This document shows positions 37,601 through 51,995 of a DNA stretch of 64,000 nucleotides, in pieces. The stretch comes from Eledone cirrhosa. Taxonomy: Eukaryota. The notes beneath the pieces were generated by a model. The model ran no database searches and had not been told where the DNA came from. It was given only the letters and a program-made list of their open reading frames with translations. The translations under genes and the position numbers were made by a program. The stretch covers positions 250,108,001 through 250,172,000 of the forward strand of contig OZ024741.1 in the NCBI GenBank assembly GCA_964016885.1. Direction: 5' to 3'. Each line of letters begins with the position of its first letter. The first letter of the stretch is position 1.

Positions 37601-40600
37601 GAGATAATTTCCAGCCGTCCAAGGGGAGATAATTTTTTTAAAAAAATCAGGCGGAGATAATTTGTAAACAAAAATCAGGGGGAGATAATTTGTAAAAAAA
37701 AATCAGGGGGAGATAATTTGTAAAAAAAAATCAGGGGGAGATAATTTGTAAAAAAAATCAAGGGGAGATAATTTCCAGCCGTCCAAGAGGAGGTAATATC
37801 TAGCCATCCAAGGGGAGATAATTTCCAGCCGTCCAAGCGGAGATAATTTCCAGCCGTCCAAGGGGAGATAATATCCAGCCGTCCAAGGAGACATATTTTC
37901 CAGCCGTCTAAGGAGAGGTAATTTCTAGCCGTCCAAGGGGAGATAAGTTCCAGCCTCCAAGGGGAGATAATTTCCAGCCAGCCAAGGGGAGATAATTTGT
38001 AAAAAAATCAGGGGGAGATAATTTGTAAAAAAAAAATCAGGGGGAGATAATTTGTAAAAAAATCAGGGGGAGATAATTTGTAAAAAAAAAATCAGGGGGA
38101 GATAATTTGTAAAAAAAATCAGGGGGAGATAATTTGTAAAAAAAATCAGGGGTAGATAATTTGTAAAAAAAATCAGGGGGAGATAATTTGTAAAAAAAAT
38201 TAGGGGGAGATAATTTGTAAAAAAAATCAGGGGTAGATAATTTTCAGCCCTCCAAGGGGAGATAATTTCCATCCTTCCAAGGGGAGATAATTTCCAGCCG
38301 TCCAAGGGGAGATAATTTCCCGCCAGCCAAGGAGAGATAACATTTAAAAAAATCAGGCGGAGATAATTTGTAAAAAAAATCAGGGGGAGATAATTTGTAA
38401 AAAAATCAGGGGGAGATAATTTGTAAAAAAAATCAGGGGTAGATAATTTCCAGCCGTCCAAGGGGAGATAATTTCCATCCTTCCAAGGGGAGATAATTTC
38501 CAGCCGTCCAAGGGGAGATAATTTCCCGCCAGCCAAGGAGAGATAATATTTAAAAAAATCAGGCGGAGATAATTTGTAAAAAAAATCAGGGGGAGATAAT
38601 TTGTAAAAAAATCAGGGGGAGATAATTTGTAAAAAAAAATCAGTGGGAGATAATTTGTAAAAAAAATCAGGGGGAGATAATTTGTAAAAAAAAATCAGGG
38701 GTAGATAATTTGTAAAAAAAATCAGGGGGAGATAATTTGTAAAAAAAAATCAGGGGGAGATAATTTGTAAAAAAATCAAGGGGAGATAATTTCCAGCCGT
38801 CCAAGGGGAGATAATTTTCAGCCGTCCAAGGAGAGGTAATTTCTAGCCGTCCAAGGGGAGATAATTTCCAGCCGTCCAAGGGGAGATAATTTTTTTTAAA
38901 AAATCAGGCGGAGATAATTTGTAAACAAAAATCAGGGGGAGATAATTTGTAAAAAAAAATCAGGGGGAGATAATTTGTAAAAAAAAATCAGGGGGAGATA
39001 ATTTGTAAAAAAAATCAAGGGGAGATAATTTCCAGCCGTCCAAGGGGAGGTAATATCTAGCCATCCAAGGGGAGATAATTTCCAGCCGTCCAAGGGGAGA
39101 TAATTTCCAGCCGTCCAAGGGGAGATAATATCCAGCCGTCCAAGGAGACATATTTTCCAGCCGTCCAAGGAGACGTAATTTCTAGCCGTCCAAGGGGAGA
39201 TAAGTTCCAGCCTCCAAGGGGAGATAATTTCCAGCCAGCCAAGGGGAGATAATTTGTAAAAAAATTAGGGGGAGATAATTTGTAAAAAAAAATTAGGGGG
39301 AGATAATTTGTAAAAAAAAATCAGGGGGAGATAATTTGTAAAAAAAAATCAGGGGGAGATAATTTGTAAAAAAAATCAAGGGGAGATAATTTCCAGCCGT
39401 CCAAGGGGAGATAATTTTCAGCCGTCCAAGGAGAGGTAAATTCTAGCCGTCCAAGGAGATATAATTTCCAGCCGTCCAAGGGGAGATAATTTCCAGCCGT
39501 CCAAGGGGAGATAATTTTAAAAAAAAAATCAGGCGGAGATAATTTGTAAACAAAAATCAGGGGGAGATAATTTTTAAAAAAAAATCAGGGGGAGATAATT
39601 TGTAAAAAAAAATCAGGGGGAGATAATTTGTAAAAAAAATCAAGGGGAGATAATTTCCAGCCGTCCAAGGGGAGGTAATATCTAGCCATCCAAGGGGAGA
39701 TAATTTCCAGCCGTCCAAGGGGAGATAATTTCCAGCCGTCCAAGGGGAGATAATATCCAGCCGTCCAAGGAGACATATTTTCCAGCCGTCCAAGGAGAGG
39801 TAATTTCTAGCCGTCCAAGGGGAGATAAGTTCCAGCCTCCAAGGGGAGATAATTTCCAGCCAGCCAAGGGGAGATAATTTGTAAAAAAATCAGGGGGGAG
39901 ATAATTTCTAAAAAAAATCAGGGGGAGATAATTTGAAAAAAAAATCAGGGGGAGATAATTTGTAAAAAATATCAAGGGGAGATAATTTCCAGCCCTCCAA
40001 GGGGCTATAATTTCCAGCCGTGCAAGAGGAGATAATTTCCAGCCGTCCAAGGGGAGATAATTTCCATCCTTCCAAGGGGAGATAATTTCCAGCCGTCCAA
40101 GGGGAGATAATTTCCCGCCAGCCAAGTGAAGATAATTTTTTAAAAAATCAGGCGGAGATTGTAAAAAAAATCAGGGGGAGATAATTTGTAAAAAAATCAG
40201 GGGGAGATAATTTGTAAAAAAAAAATCAGGGGGAGATAATTTGTAAAAAAAAATCAGGGGGAGATAATTTGTAAAAAAAATCAGGGGGAGATAATTTGTA
40301 AAAAAAATCAGGGGTAGATAATTTGTAAAAAAAATCAGGGGGAGATAATTTGTAAAAAAAATCAGGGGGAGATAATTTGTAAAAAAAATCAGGGGTAGAT
40401 AATTTCCAGCCGTCCAAGGGGAGATAATTTCCATCCTTCAAAGGGGAGATAATTTCCAGCCGTCCAAGGGGAGATAATTTCCCGCCAGCCAAGGAGAGAT
40501 AATATTTAAAAAAATCAGGCGGAGATAATTTGTAAAAAAAATCAGGGGGAGATAATTTGTAAAAAAATCAGGGGGAGATAATTTGTAAAAAAAAATCAGT

Positions 40601-43600
40601 GGGAGATAATTTGTAAAAAAAATCAGGGGGAGATAATTTGTAAAAAAAAATCAGGGGTAGATAATTTGTAAAAAAAATCAGGGGGAGATAATTTGTAAAA
40701 AAAAATCAGGGGGAGATAATTTGTAAAAAAATCAAGGGGAGATAATTTCCAGCCGTCCAAGGGGAGATAATTTCCAGCCGTCCAAGGGGAGATAATTTTC
40801 AGCCGTCCAAGGAGAGGTAATTTCTAGCCGTCCAAGGGGAGATAATTTCCAGCCGTCCAAGGGGAGATAATTTTTTTTTAAAAATCAGGCGGAGATAATT
40901 TGTAAACAAAAATCAGGGGGAGATAATTTGTAAAAAAAAATCAGGGGGAGATAATTTGTAAAAAAAATCAAGGGGAGATAATTTCCAGCCGTCCAAGGGG
41001 AGGTAATATCTAGCCATCCAAGGGGAGATAATTTCCAGCCGTCCAAGGGGAGATAATTTCCAGCCGTCCAAGGGGAGATAATATCCAGCCGTCCAAGGAG
41101 ACATATTTTCCAGCCGTCCAAGGAGAGGTAATTTCTAGCCGTCCAAGGGGAGATAAGTTCCTGCCTCCAAGGGGAGATAATTTCCAGCCAGCCAAGGGGA
41201 GATAATTTGTAAAAAAATCAGGGGGAGATAATTTGTAAAAAAAAAATCAGGGGGAGATAATTTGTAAAAAAATCAGGGGGAGATAATTTGTAAAAAAAAA
41301 ATCAGGGGGAGATAATTTGTAAAAAAAATCAGGGGGAGATAATTTGTAAAAAAAATCAGGGGTAGATAATTTGTAAAAAAAATCAGGGGGAGATAATTTG
41401 TAAAAAAAATCAGGGGGAGATAATTTGTAAAAAAAACAGGGGTAGATAATTTTCAGCCCTCCAAGGGGAGATAATTTCCATCCTTCCAAGGGGAGATAAT
41501 TTCCAGCCGTCCAAGGGGAGATAATTTCCCGCCAGCCAAGGAGAGATAACATTTAAAAAAATCAGGCGGAGATAATTTGTAAAAAAAATCAGGGGGGGAT
41601 AATTTGTAAAAAAATCAGGGGGAGATAATTTGTAAAAAAAATCAGGGGTAGATAATTTCCAGCCGTCCAAGGGGAGATAATTTCCATCCTTCCAAGGGGA
41701 GATAATTTCCAGCCGTCCAAGGGGAGATAATTTCCCGCCAGCCAAGGAGAGATAACATTTAAAAAAATCAGGCGGAGATAATTTGTAAAAAAAATCAGGG
41801 GGAGATAATTTCCATCCTTCCAAGGGGAGATAATTTCCAGCCGTCCAAGGGGAGATAATTTCCCGCCAGCCAAGGAGAGATAATATTTAAAAAAATCAGG
41901 CGGAGATAATTTGTAAAAAAAATCAGGGGGAGATAATTTGTAAAAAAATCAGGGGGAGATAATTTGTAAAAAAAAATCAGGGGAGATAATTTGTAAAAAA
42001 AATCAGGGGGAGATAATTTGTAAAAAAAAATCAGGGGTAGATAATTTGTAAAAAAAAATCAGGGGGAGATAATTTGTAAAAAAAAAATCAGGGGGAGATA
42101 ATTTGTAAACAAATCAAGGGGAGATAATTTCCAGCCGTCCAAGGGGAGATAATTTTCAGCCGTCCAAGGAGGTAATTTCTAGCCGTCCAAGGGGAGATAA
42201 TTTCCAGCCGTCCAAGGGGATATAATTTTTTTTAAAAAATCAGGCGGAGATAATTTGTAAACAAAAATCAGGGGGAGATAATTTGTAAAAAAAAATCAGG
42301 GGGAGATAATTTGTAAAAAAAAATCAGGGGGAGATAATTTGTAAAAAAAATCAAGGGGAGATAATTTCCAGCCGTCCAAGGGGAGGTAATATCTAGCCAT
42401 CCAAGGGGAGATAATTTCCAGCCGTCCAAGGGGAGATAATTTCCAGCCGTCCAAGGGGAGATAATATCCAGCCGTCCAAGGAGACATATTTTCCAGCCGT
42501 CCAAGGAGAGGTAATTTCTAGCCGTCCAAGGGGAGATAAGTTCCAGCCTCCAAGGGGAGAAAATTTCCAGCCAGCCAAGGGGTGATAATTTGTAAAAAAA
42601 TCAGGGGGAGATAATTTATAAAAAAAAATTCAGGGGGAGATAATTTGTAAAAAAATCAGGGGGAGATAATTTGTAAAAAGAAAATCAGGGGGAGATAATT
42701 TGTAAAAAAAATCAGGGGGAGATAATTTGTAGAAAAAATCAGGGGTAGATAATTTGTAAAAAAAATCAGGGGGAGATAATTTGTAAAAAAAATCAGGGGG
42801 AGATAATTTGTAAAAAAAATCAGGGGTAGATAATTTTCAGCCGTCCAAGGGGAGATAATTTCCATCCTTCCAAGGGGAGATAATTTCCAGCCGTCCAAGG
42901 GGAGATAATTTCCCGCCAGCCAAGGAGAGATAACATTTTAAAAAATCAGGCGGAGATAATTTGTAAAAAAAATTAGGGGGAGATAATTTGTAAAAAAATC
43001 AGGGGGAGATAATTTGTAAAAAAAATCAGGGGTAGATAATTTCCAGCCGTCCAAGGGGAGATAATTTCCATCCTTCCAAGGGGAGATAATTTCCAGCCGT
43101 CCAAGGGGAGATAATTTCCCGCCAGCCAAGGAGAGATAATATTTTAAAAAATCAGGCGGAGATAATTTGTAAAAAAAATCAGGGGGAGATAATTTGTAAA
43201 AAAATCAGGGGGAGATAATTTGTAAAAAAAAAATCAGGGGGAGATAATTTGTAAAAAAAATCAGGGGGAGATAATTTGTAAAAAAAATCAGGGGTAGATA
43301 ATTTGTAAAAAAAAATCAGGGGGAGATAATTTGTAAAAAAAAAATCAGGGGGAGATAATTTGTAAAAAAATCAAGGGGAGATAATTTCCAGCCGTCCAAG
43401 GGGAGATAATTTTCAGCCGTCCAAGGAGAGGTAATTTCTAGCCGTCCAAGGTGAGATAATTTCCAGCCGTCCAAGGGGAGATAATTTTTTTTAAAAAATC
43501 AGGCGGAGATAATTTGTAAACAAAAATCAGGGGGAGATAATTTGTAAAAAAAAATCAGGGGGAGATAATTTGTAAAAAAAAATCAGGGGGAGATAATTTG

Positions 43601-46600
43601 TAAAAAAAATCAAGGGGAGATAATTTCCAGCCGTCCAAGGGGAGGTAATATCTAGCCATCCAAGGGGAGATAATTTCCAGCCGTCCAAGGGGAGATAATT
43701 TCCAGCCGTCCAAGGGGAGATAATATCCAGCCGTCCAAGGAGACATATTTTCCAGCCGTCCAAGGAGAGGTAATTTCTAGCCGTCCAAGGGGAGATAAGT
43801 TCCTGCCTCCAAGGGGAGATAATTTCCAGCCAGCCAAGGGGAGATAATTTGTAAAAAAATCAGGGGGAGATAATTTGTAAAAAAAAAATCAGGGGGAGAT
43901 AATTTGTAAAAAAATCAGGGGGAGATAATTTGTAAAAAAAAAATCAGGGGGAGATAATTTGTAAAAAAAATCAGGGGGAGATAATTTGTAAAAAAAATCA
44001 GGGGTAGATAATTTGTAAAAAAAATCAGGGGGAGATAATTTGTAAAAAAAATTAGGGGGAGATAATTTGTAAAAAAAATCAGGGGTAGATAATTTTCAGC
44101 CCTCCAAGGGGAGATAATTTCCATCCTTCCAAGGGGAGATAATTTCCAGCCGTCCAAGGGGAGATAATTTCCCGCCAGCCAAGGAGAGATAACATTTAAA
44201 AAAATCAGGCGGAGATAATTTGTAAAAAAAATCAGGGGGAGATAATTTGTAAAAAAATCAGGGGGAGATAATTTGTAAAAAAAATCAGGGGTAGATAATT
44301 TCCAGCCGTCCAAGGGGAGATAATTTCCATCCTTCCAAGGGGAGATAATTTCCAGCCGTCCAAGGGGAGATAATTTCCCGCCAGCCAAGGAGAGATAATA
44401 TTTAAAAAAATCAGGCGGAGATAATTTGTAAAAAAAATCAGGGGGAGATAATTTGTAAAAAAATCAGGGGGAGATAATTTGTAAAAAAAAATCAGTGGGA
44501 GATAATTTGTAAAAAAAATCAGGGGGAGATAATTTGTAAAAAAAAATCAGGGGTAGATAATTTGTAAAAAAAATCAGGGGGAGATAATTTGTAAAAAAAA
44601 ATCAGGGGGAGATAATTTGTAAAAAAATCAAGGGGAGATAATTTCCAGCCGTCCAAGGGGAGATAATTTTCAGCCGTCCAAGGAGAGGTAATTTCTAGCC
44701 GTCCAAGGGGAGATAATTTCCAGCCGTCCAAGGGGAGATAATTTTTTTTAAAAAATCAGGCGGAGATAATTTGTAAACAAAAATCAGGGGGAGATAATTT
44801 GTAAAAAAAAATCAGGGGGAGATAATTTGTAAAAAAAAATCAGGGGGAGATAATTTGTAAAAAAAATCAAGGGGAGATAATTTCCAGCCGTCCAAGGGGA
44901 GGTAATATCTAGCCATCCAAGGGGAGATAATTTCCAGCCGTCCAAGGGGAGATAATTTCCAGCCGTCCAAGGGGAGATAATATCCAGCCGTCCAAGGAGA
45001 CATATTTTCCAGCCGTCCAAGGAGACGTAATTTCTAGCCGTCCAAGGGGAGATAAGTTCCAGCCTCCAAGGGGAGATAATTTCCAGCCAGCCAAGGGGAG
45101 ATAATTTGTAAAAAAATTAGGGGGAGATAATTTGTAAAAAAAAATTAGGGGGAGATAATTTGTAAAAAAAAATCAGGGGGAGATAATTTGTAAAAAAAAA
45201 TCAGGGGGAGATAATTTGTAAAAAAAATCAAGGGGAGATAATTTCCAGCCGTCCAAGGGGAGATAATTTTCAGCCGTCCAAGGAGAGGTAAATTCTAGCC
45301 GTCCAAGGAGATATAATTTCCAGCCGTCCAAGGGGAGATAATTTCCAGCCGTCCAAGGGGAGATAATTTTAAAAAAAAAATCAGGCGGAGATAATTTGTA
45401 AACAAAAATCAGGGGGAGATAATTTTTAAAAAAAAATCAGGGGGAGATAATTTGTAAAAAAAAATCAGGGGGAGATAATTTGTAAAAAAAATCAAGGGGA
45501 GATAATTTCCAGCCGTCCAAGGGGAGGTAATATCTAGCCATCCAAGGGGAGATAATTTCCAGCCGTCCAAGGGGAGATAATTTCCAGCCGTCCAAGGGGA
45601 GATAATATCCAGCCGTCCAAGGAGACATATTTTCCAGCCGTCCAAGGAGAGGTAATTTCTAGCCGTCCAAGGGGAGATAAGTTCCAGCCTCCAAGGGGAG
45701 ATAATTTCCAGCCAGCCAAGGGGAGATAATTTGTAAAAAAATCAGGGGGGAGATAATTTGTAAAAAAAATCAGGGGGAGATAATTTGAAAAAAAAATCAG
45801 GGGGAGATAATTTGTAAAAAATATCAAGGGGAGATAATTTCCAGCCCTCCAAGGGGCTATAATTTCCAGCCGTGCAAGAGGAGATAATTTCCAGCCGTCC
45901 AAGGGGAGATAATTTCCATCCTTCCAAGGGGAGATAATTTCCAGCCGTCCAAGGGGAGATAATTTCCCGCCAGCCAAGGGAAGATAATTTTTTAAAAAAT
46001 CAGGCGGAGATTGTAAAAAAAATCAGGGGGAGATAATTTGTAAAAAAATCAGGGGGAGATAATTTGTAAAAAAAAAATCAGGGGGAGATAATTTGTAAAA
46101 AAAAATCAGGGGGAGATAATTTGTAAAAAAAATCAGGGGGAGATAATTTGTAAAAAAAATCAGGGGTAGATAATTTGTAAAAAAAATCAGGGGGAGATAA
46201 TTTGTAAAAAAAATCAGGGGGAGATAATTTGTAAAAAAAATCAGGGGTAGATAATTTTCAGCCGTCCAAGGGGAGATAATTTCCATCCTTCCAAGGGGAG
46301 ATAATTTCCAGCCGTCCAAGGGGAGATAATTTCCCGCCAGCCAAGGAGAGATAACATTTAAAAAAATCAGGCGGAGATAATTTGTAAAAAAATCAGGAGG
46401 AGATAATTTGTAAAAAAAATCAGGGGTAGATAATTTCCAGCCGTCCAAGGGGAGATAATTTCCATCCTTCCAAGGGGAGATAATTTCCAGCCGTCCAAGG
46501 GGAGATAATTTCCCGCCAGCCAAGGAGAGATAATATTTAAAAAAATCAGGCGGAGATAATTTGTAAAAAAAATCAGGGGGAGATAATTTGTAAAAAAATC

Positions 46601-49600
46601 AGGGGTAGATAATTTGTAAAAAAAAATCAGGGGGAGATAATTTGTAAAAAAAAATCAGGGAGAGATAATTTGTAAAAAAAAATCAGGGGTAGATAATTTG
46701 TAAAAAAAAATCAGGGGGAGATAATTTGTAAAAAAAAAATCAGGGGGAGATAATTTGTAAAAAAATCAAGGGGAGATAATTTCCAGCCGTCCAAATGGAG
46801 ATAATTTTCAGCCGTCCAAGGAGAGGTAATTTCTAGCCGTTCAAGGGGAGATAATTTCCAGCCGTCCAAGGGGAGATAATTTTTTTAAAAAAATCAGGCG
46901 GAGATAATTTGTAAACAAAAATCAGGGGGAGATAATTTGTAAAAAAAAATCAGGGGGAGATAATTTGTAAAAAAAAATCAGGGGGAGATAATTTGTAAAA
47001 AAAATCAAGGGGAGATAATTTGTAAAAAAAAATCAGGGGTAGATAATTTGTAAAAAAAAATCAGGGGGAGATAATTTGTAAAAAAAAAATCAGGGGGAGA
47101 TAATTTGTAAAAAAATCAAGGGGAGATAATTTCCAGCCGTCCAAGGGGAGATAATTTTCAGCCGTCCAAGGAGAGGTAATTTCTAGCCGTCCAAGGGGAG
47201 ATAATTTCCAGCCAGCCAAGGGGAGATAATTTGTAAAAAAATCAGGGGTAGATAATTTGTAAAAAAAAATCAGGGGGAGATAATTTGTAAAAAAAATCAG
47301 GGGGAGATAATTTGTAAAAAAAATCAGGGGTAGATAATTTCCAGCCGTCCAAGGGGAGATAATTTCCATCCTTCCAAGGGGAGATAATTTCCAGCCGTCC
47401 AAGGGGAGATAATTTCCCGCCAGCCAAGGAGAGATAACATTTAAAAAAATCAGGCGGAGATAATTTGTAAAAAAAATCAGGGGGAGATAATTTGTAAAAA
47501 AATCAGGGGGAGATAATTTGTAAAAAAAATCAGGGGTAGATAATTTCCAGCCGTCCAAGGGGAGATAATTTCCATCCTTCCAAGGGGAGATAATTTCCAG
47601 CCGTCCAAGGGGAGATAATTTCCCGCCAGCCAAGGAGAGATAATATTTAAAAAAATCAGGCGGAGATAATTTGTAAAAAAAAATCAGGGGTAGATAATTT
47701 GTAAAAAAAAATCAGGGGGAGATAATTTGTAAAATAAAAATCAGGGGGAGATAATTTGTAAAAAAATCAAGGGGAGATAATTTCCAGCCGTCCAAGGGGA
47801 GATAATTTTCAGCCGTCCAAGGAGGTAATTTCTAGCCGTCCAAGGGGAGATAATTTCCAGCCGTCCAAGGGGAGATAATTTTTTTAAAAAAATCAGGCGG
47901 AGATAATTTGTAAACAAAAATCAGGGGGAGATAATTTGTAAAAAAAAATCAGGGGGAGATAATTTGTAAAAAAAAATCAGGGGGAGATAATTTGTAAAAA
48001 AAATCAAGGGGAGATAATTTCCAGCCGTCCAAGAGGAGGTAATATCTAGCCATCCAAGGGGAGATAATTTCCAGCCGTCCAAGCGGAGATAATTTCCAGC
48101 CGTCCAAGGGGAGATAATATCCAGCCGTCCAAGGAGACATATTTTCCAGCCGTCTAAGGAGAGGTAATTTCTAGCCGTCCAAGGGGAGATAAGTTCCAGC
48201 CTCCAAGGGGAGATAATTTCCAGCCAGCCAAGGGGAGATAATTTGTAAAAAAATCAGGGGGAGATAATTTGTAAAAAAAAAATCAGGGGGAGATAATTTG
48301 TAAAAAAATCAGGGGGAGATAATTTGTAAAAAAAAAATCAGGGGGAGATAATTTGTAAAAAAAATCAGGGGGAGATAATTTGTAAAAAAAATCAGGGGTA
48401 GATAATTTGTAAAAAAAATCAGGGGGAGATAATTTGTAAAAAAAATTAGGGGGAGATAATTTGTAAAAAAAATCAGGGGTAGATAATTTTCAGCCCTCCA
48501 AGGGGAGATAATTTCCATCCTTCCAAGGGGAGATAATTTCCAGCCGTCCAAGGGGAGATAATTTCCCGCCAGCCAAGGAGAGATAACATTTAAAAAAATC
48601 AGGCGGAGATAATTTGTAAAAAAAATCAGGGGGAGATAATTTGTAAAAAAATCAGGGGGAGATAATTTGTAAAAAAAATCAGGGGTAGATAATTTCCAGC
48701 CGTCCAAGGGGAGATAATTTCCATCCTTCCAAGGGGAGATAATTTCCAGCCGTCCAAGGGGAGATAATTTCCCGCCAGCCAAGGAGAGATAATATTTAAA
48801 AAAATCAGGCGGAGATAATTTGTAAAAAAAATCAGGGGGAGATAATTTGTAAAAAAATCAGGGGGAGATAATTTGTAAAAAAAAATCAGTGGGAGATAAT
48901 TTGTAAAAAAAATCAGGGGGAGATAATTTGTAAAAAAAAATCAGGGGTAGATAATTTGTAAAAAAAATCAGGGGGAGATAATTTGTAAAAAAAAATCAGG
49001 GGGAGATAATTTGTAAAAAAATCAAGGGGAGATAATTTCCAGCCGTCCAAGGGGAGATAATTTTCAGCCGTCCAAGGAGAGGTAATTTCTAGCCGTCCAA
49101 GGGGAGATAATTTCCAGCCGTCCAAGGGGAGATAATTTTTTTTAAAAAATCAGGCGGAGATAATTTGTAAACAAAAATCAGGGGGAGATAATTTGTAAAA
49201 AAAAATCAGGGGGAGATAATTTGTAAAAAAAAATCAGGGGGAGATAATTTGTAAAAAAAATCAAGGGGAGATAATTTCCAGCCGTCCAAGGGGAGGTAAT
49301 ATCTAGCCATCCAAGGGGAGATAATTTCCAGCCGTCCAAGGGGAGATAATTTCCAGCCGTCCAAGGGGAGATAATATCCAGCCGTCCAAGGAGACATATT
49401 TTCCAGCCGTCCAAGGAGACGTAATTTCTAGCCGTCCAAGGGGAGATAAGTTCCAGCCTCCAAGGGGAGATAATTTCCAGCCAGCCAAGGGGAGATAATT
49501 TGTAAAAAAATTAGGGGGAGATAATTTGTAAAAAAAAATTAGGGGGAGATAATTTGTAAAAAAAAATCAGGGGGAGATAATTTGTAAAAAAAAATCAGGG

Positions 49601-51995
49601 GGAGATAATTTGTAAAAAAAATCAAGGGGAGATAATTTCCAGCCGTCCAAGGGGAGATAATTTTCAGCCGTCCAAGGAGAGGTAAATTCTAGCCGTCCAA
49701 GGAGATATAATTTCCAGCCGTCCAAGGGGAGATAATTTCCAGCCGTCCAAGGGGAGATAATTTTAAAAAAAAAATCAGGCGGAGATAATTTGTAAACAAA
49801 AATCAGGGGGAGATAATTTTTAAAAAAAAATCAGGGGGAGATAATTTGTAAAAAAAAATCAGGGGGAGATAATTTGTAAAAAAAATCAAGGGGAGATAAT
49901 TTCCAGCCGTCCAAGGGGAGGTAATATCTAGCCATCCAAGGGGAGATAATTTCCAGCCGTCCAAGGGGAGATAATTTCCAGCCGTCCAAGGGGAGATAAT
50001 ATCCAGCCGTCCAAGGAGACATATTTTCCAGCCGTCCAAGGAGAGGTAATTTCTAGCCGTCCAAGGGGAGATAAGTTCCAGCCTCCAAGGGGAGATAATT
50101 TCCAGCCAGCCAAGGGGAGATAATTTGTAAAAAAATCAGGGGGGAGATAATTTCTAAAAAAAATCAGGGGGAGATAATTTGAAAAAAAAATCAGGGGGAG
50201 ATAATTTGTAAAAAATATCAAGGGGAGATAATTTCCAGCCCTCCAAGGGGCTATAATTTCCAGCCGTGCAAGAGGAGATAATTTCCAGCCGTCCAAGGGG
50301 AGATAATTTCCATCCTTCCAAGGGGAGATAATTTCCAGCCGTCCAAGGGGAGATAATTTCCCGCCAGCCAAGTGAAGATAATTTTTTAAAAAATCAGGCG
50401 GAGATTGTAAAAAAAATCAGGGGGAGATAATTTGTAAAAAAATCAGGGGGAGATAATTTGTAAAAAAAAAATCAGGGGGAGATAATTTGTAAAAAAAAAT
50501 CAGGGGGAGATAATTTGTAAAAAAAATCAGGGGGAGATAATTTGTAAAAAAAATCAGGGGTAGATAATTTGTAAAAAAAATCAGGGGGAGATAATTTGTA
50601 AAAAAAATCAGGGGGAGATAATTTGTAAAAAAAATCAGGGGTAGATAATTTCCAGCCGTCCAAGGGGAGATAATTTCCATCCTTCAAAGGGGAGATAATT
50701 TCCAGCCGTCCAAGGGGAGATAATTTCCCGCCAGCCAAGGAGAGATAATATTTAAAAAAATCAGGCGGAGATAATTTGTAAAAAAAATCAGGGGGAGATA
50801 ATTTGTAAAAAAATCAGGGGGAGATAATTTGTAAAAAAAAATCAGTGGGAGATAATTTGTAAAAAAAATCAGGGGGAGATAATTTGTAAAAAAAAATCAG
50901 GGGTAGATAATTTGTAAAAAAAATCAGGGGGAGATAATTTGTAAAAAAAAATCAGGGGGAGATAATTTGTAAAAAAATCAAGGGGAGATAATTTCCAGCC
51001 GTCCAAGGGGAGATAATTTCCAGCCGTCCAAGGGGAGATAATTTTCAGCCGTCCAAGGAGAGGTAATTTCTAGCCGTCCAAGGGGAGATAATTTCCAGCC
51101 GTCCAAGGGGAGATAATTTTTTTTTAAAAATCAGGCGGAGATAATTTGTAAACAAAAATCAGGGGGAGATAATTTGTAAAAAAAAATCAGGGGGAGATAA
51201 TTTGTAAAAAAAATCAAGGGGAGATAATTTCCAGCCGTCCAAGGGGAGGTAATATCTAGCCATCCAAGGGGAGATAATTTCCAGCCGTCCAAGGGGAGAT
51301 AATTTCCAGCCGTCCAAGGGGAGATAATATCCAGCCGTCCAAGGAGACATATTTTCCAGCCGTCCAAGGAGAGGTAATTTCTAGCCGTCCAAGGGGAGAT
51401 AAGTTCCTGCCTCCAAGGGGAGATAATTTCCAGCCAGCCAAGGGGAGATAATTTGTAAAAAAATCAGGGGGAGATAATTTGTAAAAAAAAAATCAGGGGG
51501 AGATAATTTGTAAAAAAATCAGGGGGAGATAATTTGTAAAAAAAAAATCAGGGGGAGATAATTTGTAAAAAAAATCAGGGGGAGATAATTTGTAAAAAAA
51601 ATCAGGGGTAGATAATTTGTAAAAAAAATCAGGGGGAGATAATTTGTAAAAAAAATCAGGGGGAGATAATTTGTAAAAAAAACAGGGGTAGATAATTTTC
51701 AGCCCTCCAAGGGGAGATAATTTCCATCCTTCCAAGGGGAGATAATTTCCAGCCGTCCAAGGGGAGATAATTTCCCGCCAGCCAAGGAGAGATAACATTT
51801 AAAAAAATCAGGCGGAGATAATTTGTAAAAAAAATCAGGGGGGGATAATTTGTAAAAAAATCAGGGGGAGATAATTTGTAAAAAAAATCAGGGGTAGATA
51901 ATTTCCAGCCGTCCAAGGGGAGATAATTTCCATCCTTCCAAGGGGAGATAATTTCCAGCCGTCCAAGGGGAGATAATTTCCCGCCAGCCAAGGAG
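31700..51995 (+). repeat. Near-identical ~10,245-bp tandem duplication (copy 1 ~31700-41750; copy 2 ~41945-51995)
   Basis: Private variants recur at +10245/6: taaacaaatc (~31861/42107), ggagaaaatt (~32311/42557), ccaaatggag (~36547/46791), aagcggag (~37835/48081), ccaagtgaag (~40122/50368), ccttcaaagg (~40435/50681). The ORF track repeats with the same offset. Confidence 0.93.
33570..40390 (+). repeat. ~2.4-kb segment duplicated at 4,393-bp offset (~33570-35990 and ~37960-40390), nested inside the 10.2-kb unit
   Basis: Offsets 33670>38063, 34539>38932 and 35289>39682. Shared markers tcagtggg (~34247/38640) and gcaagaggag (~35629/40022). The same pair recurs at 43915>48309. Confidence 0.85.
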
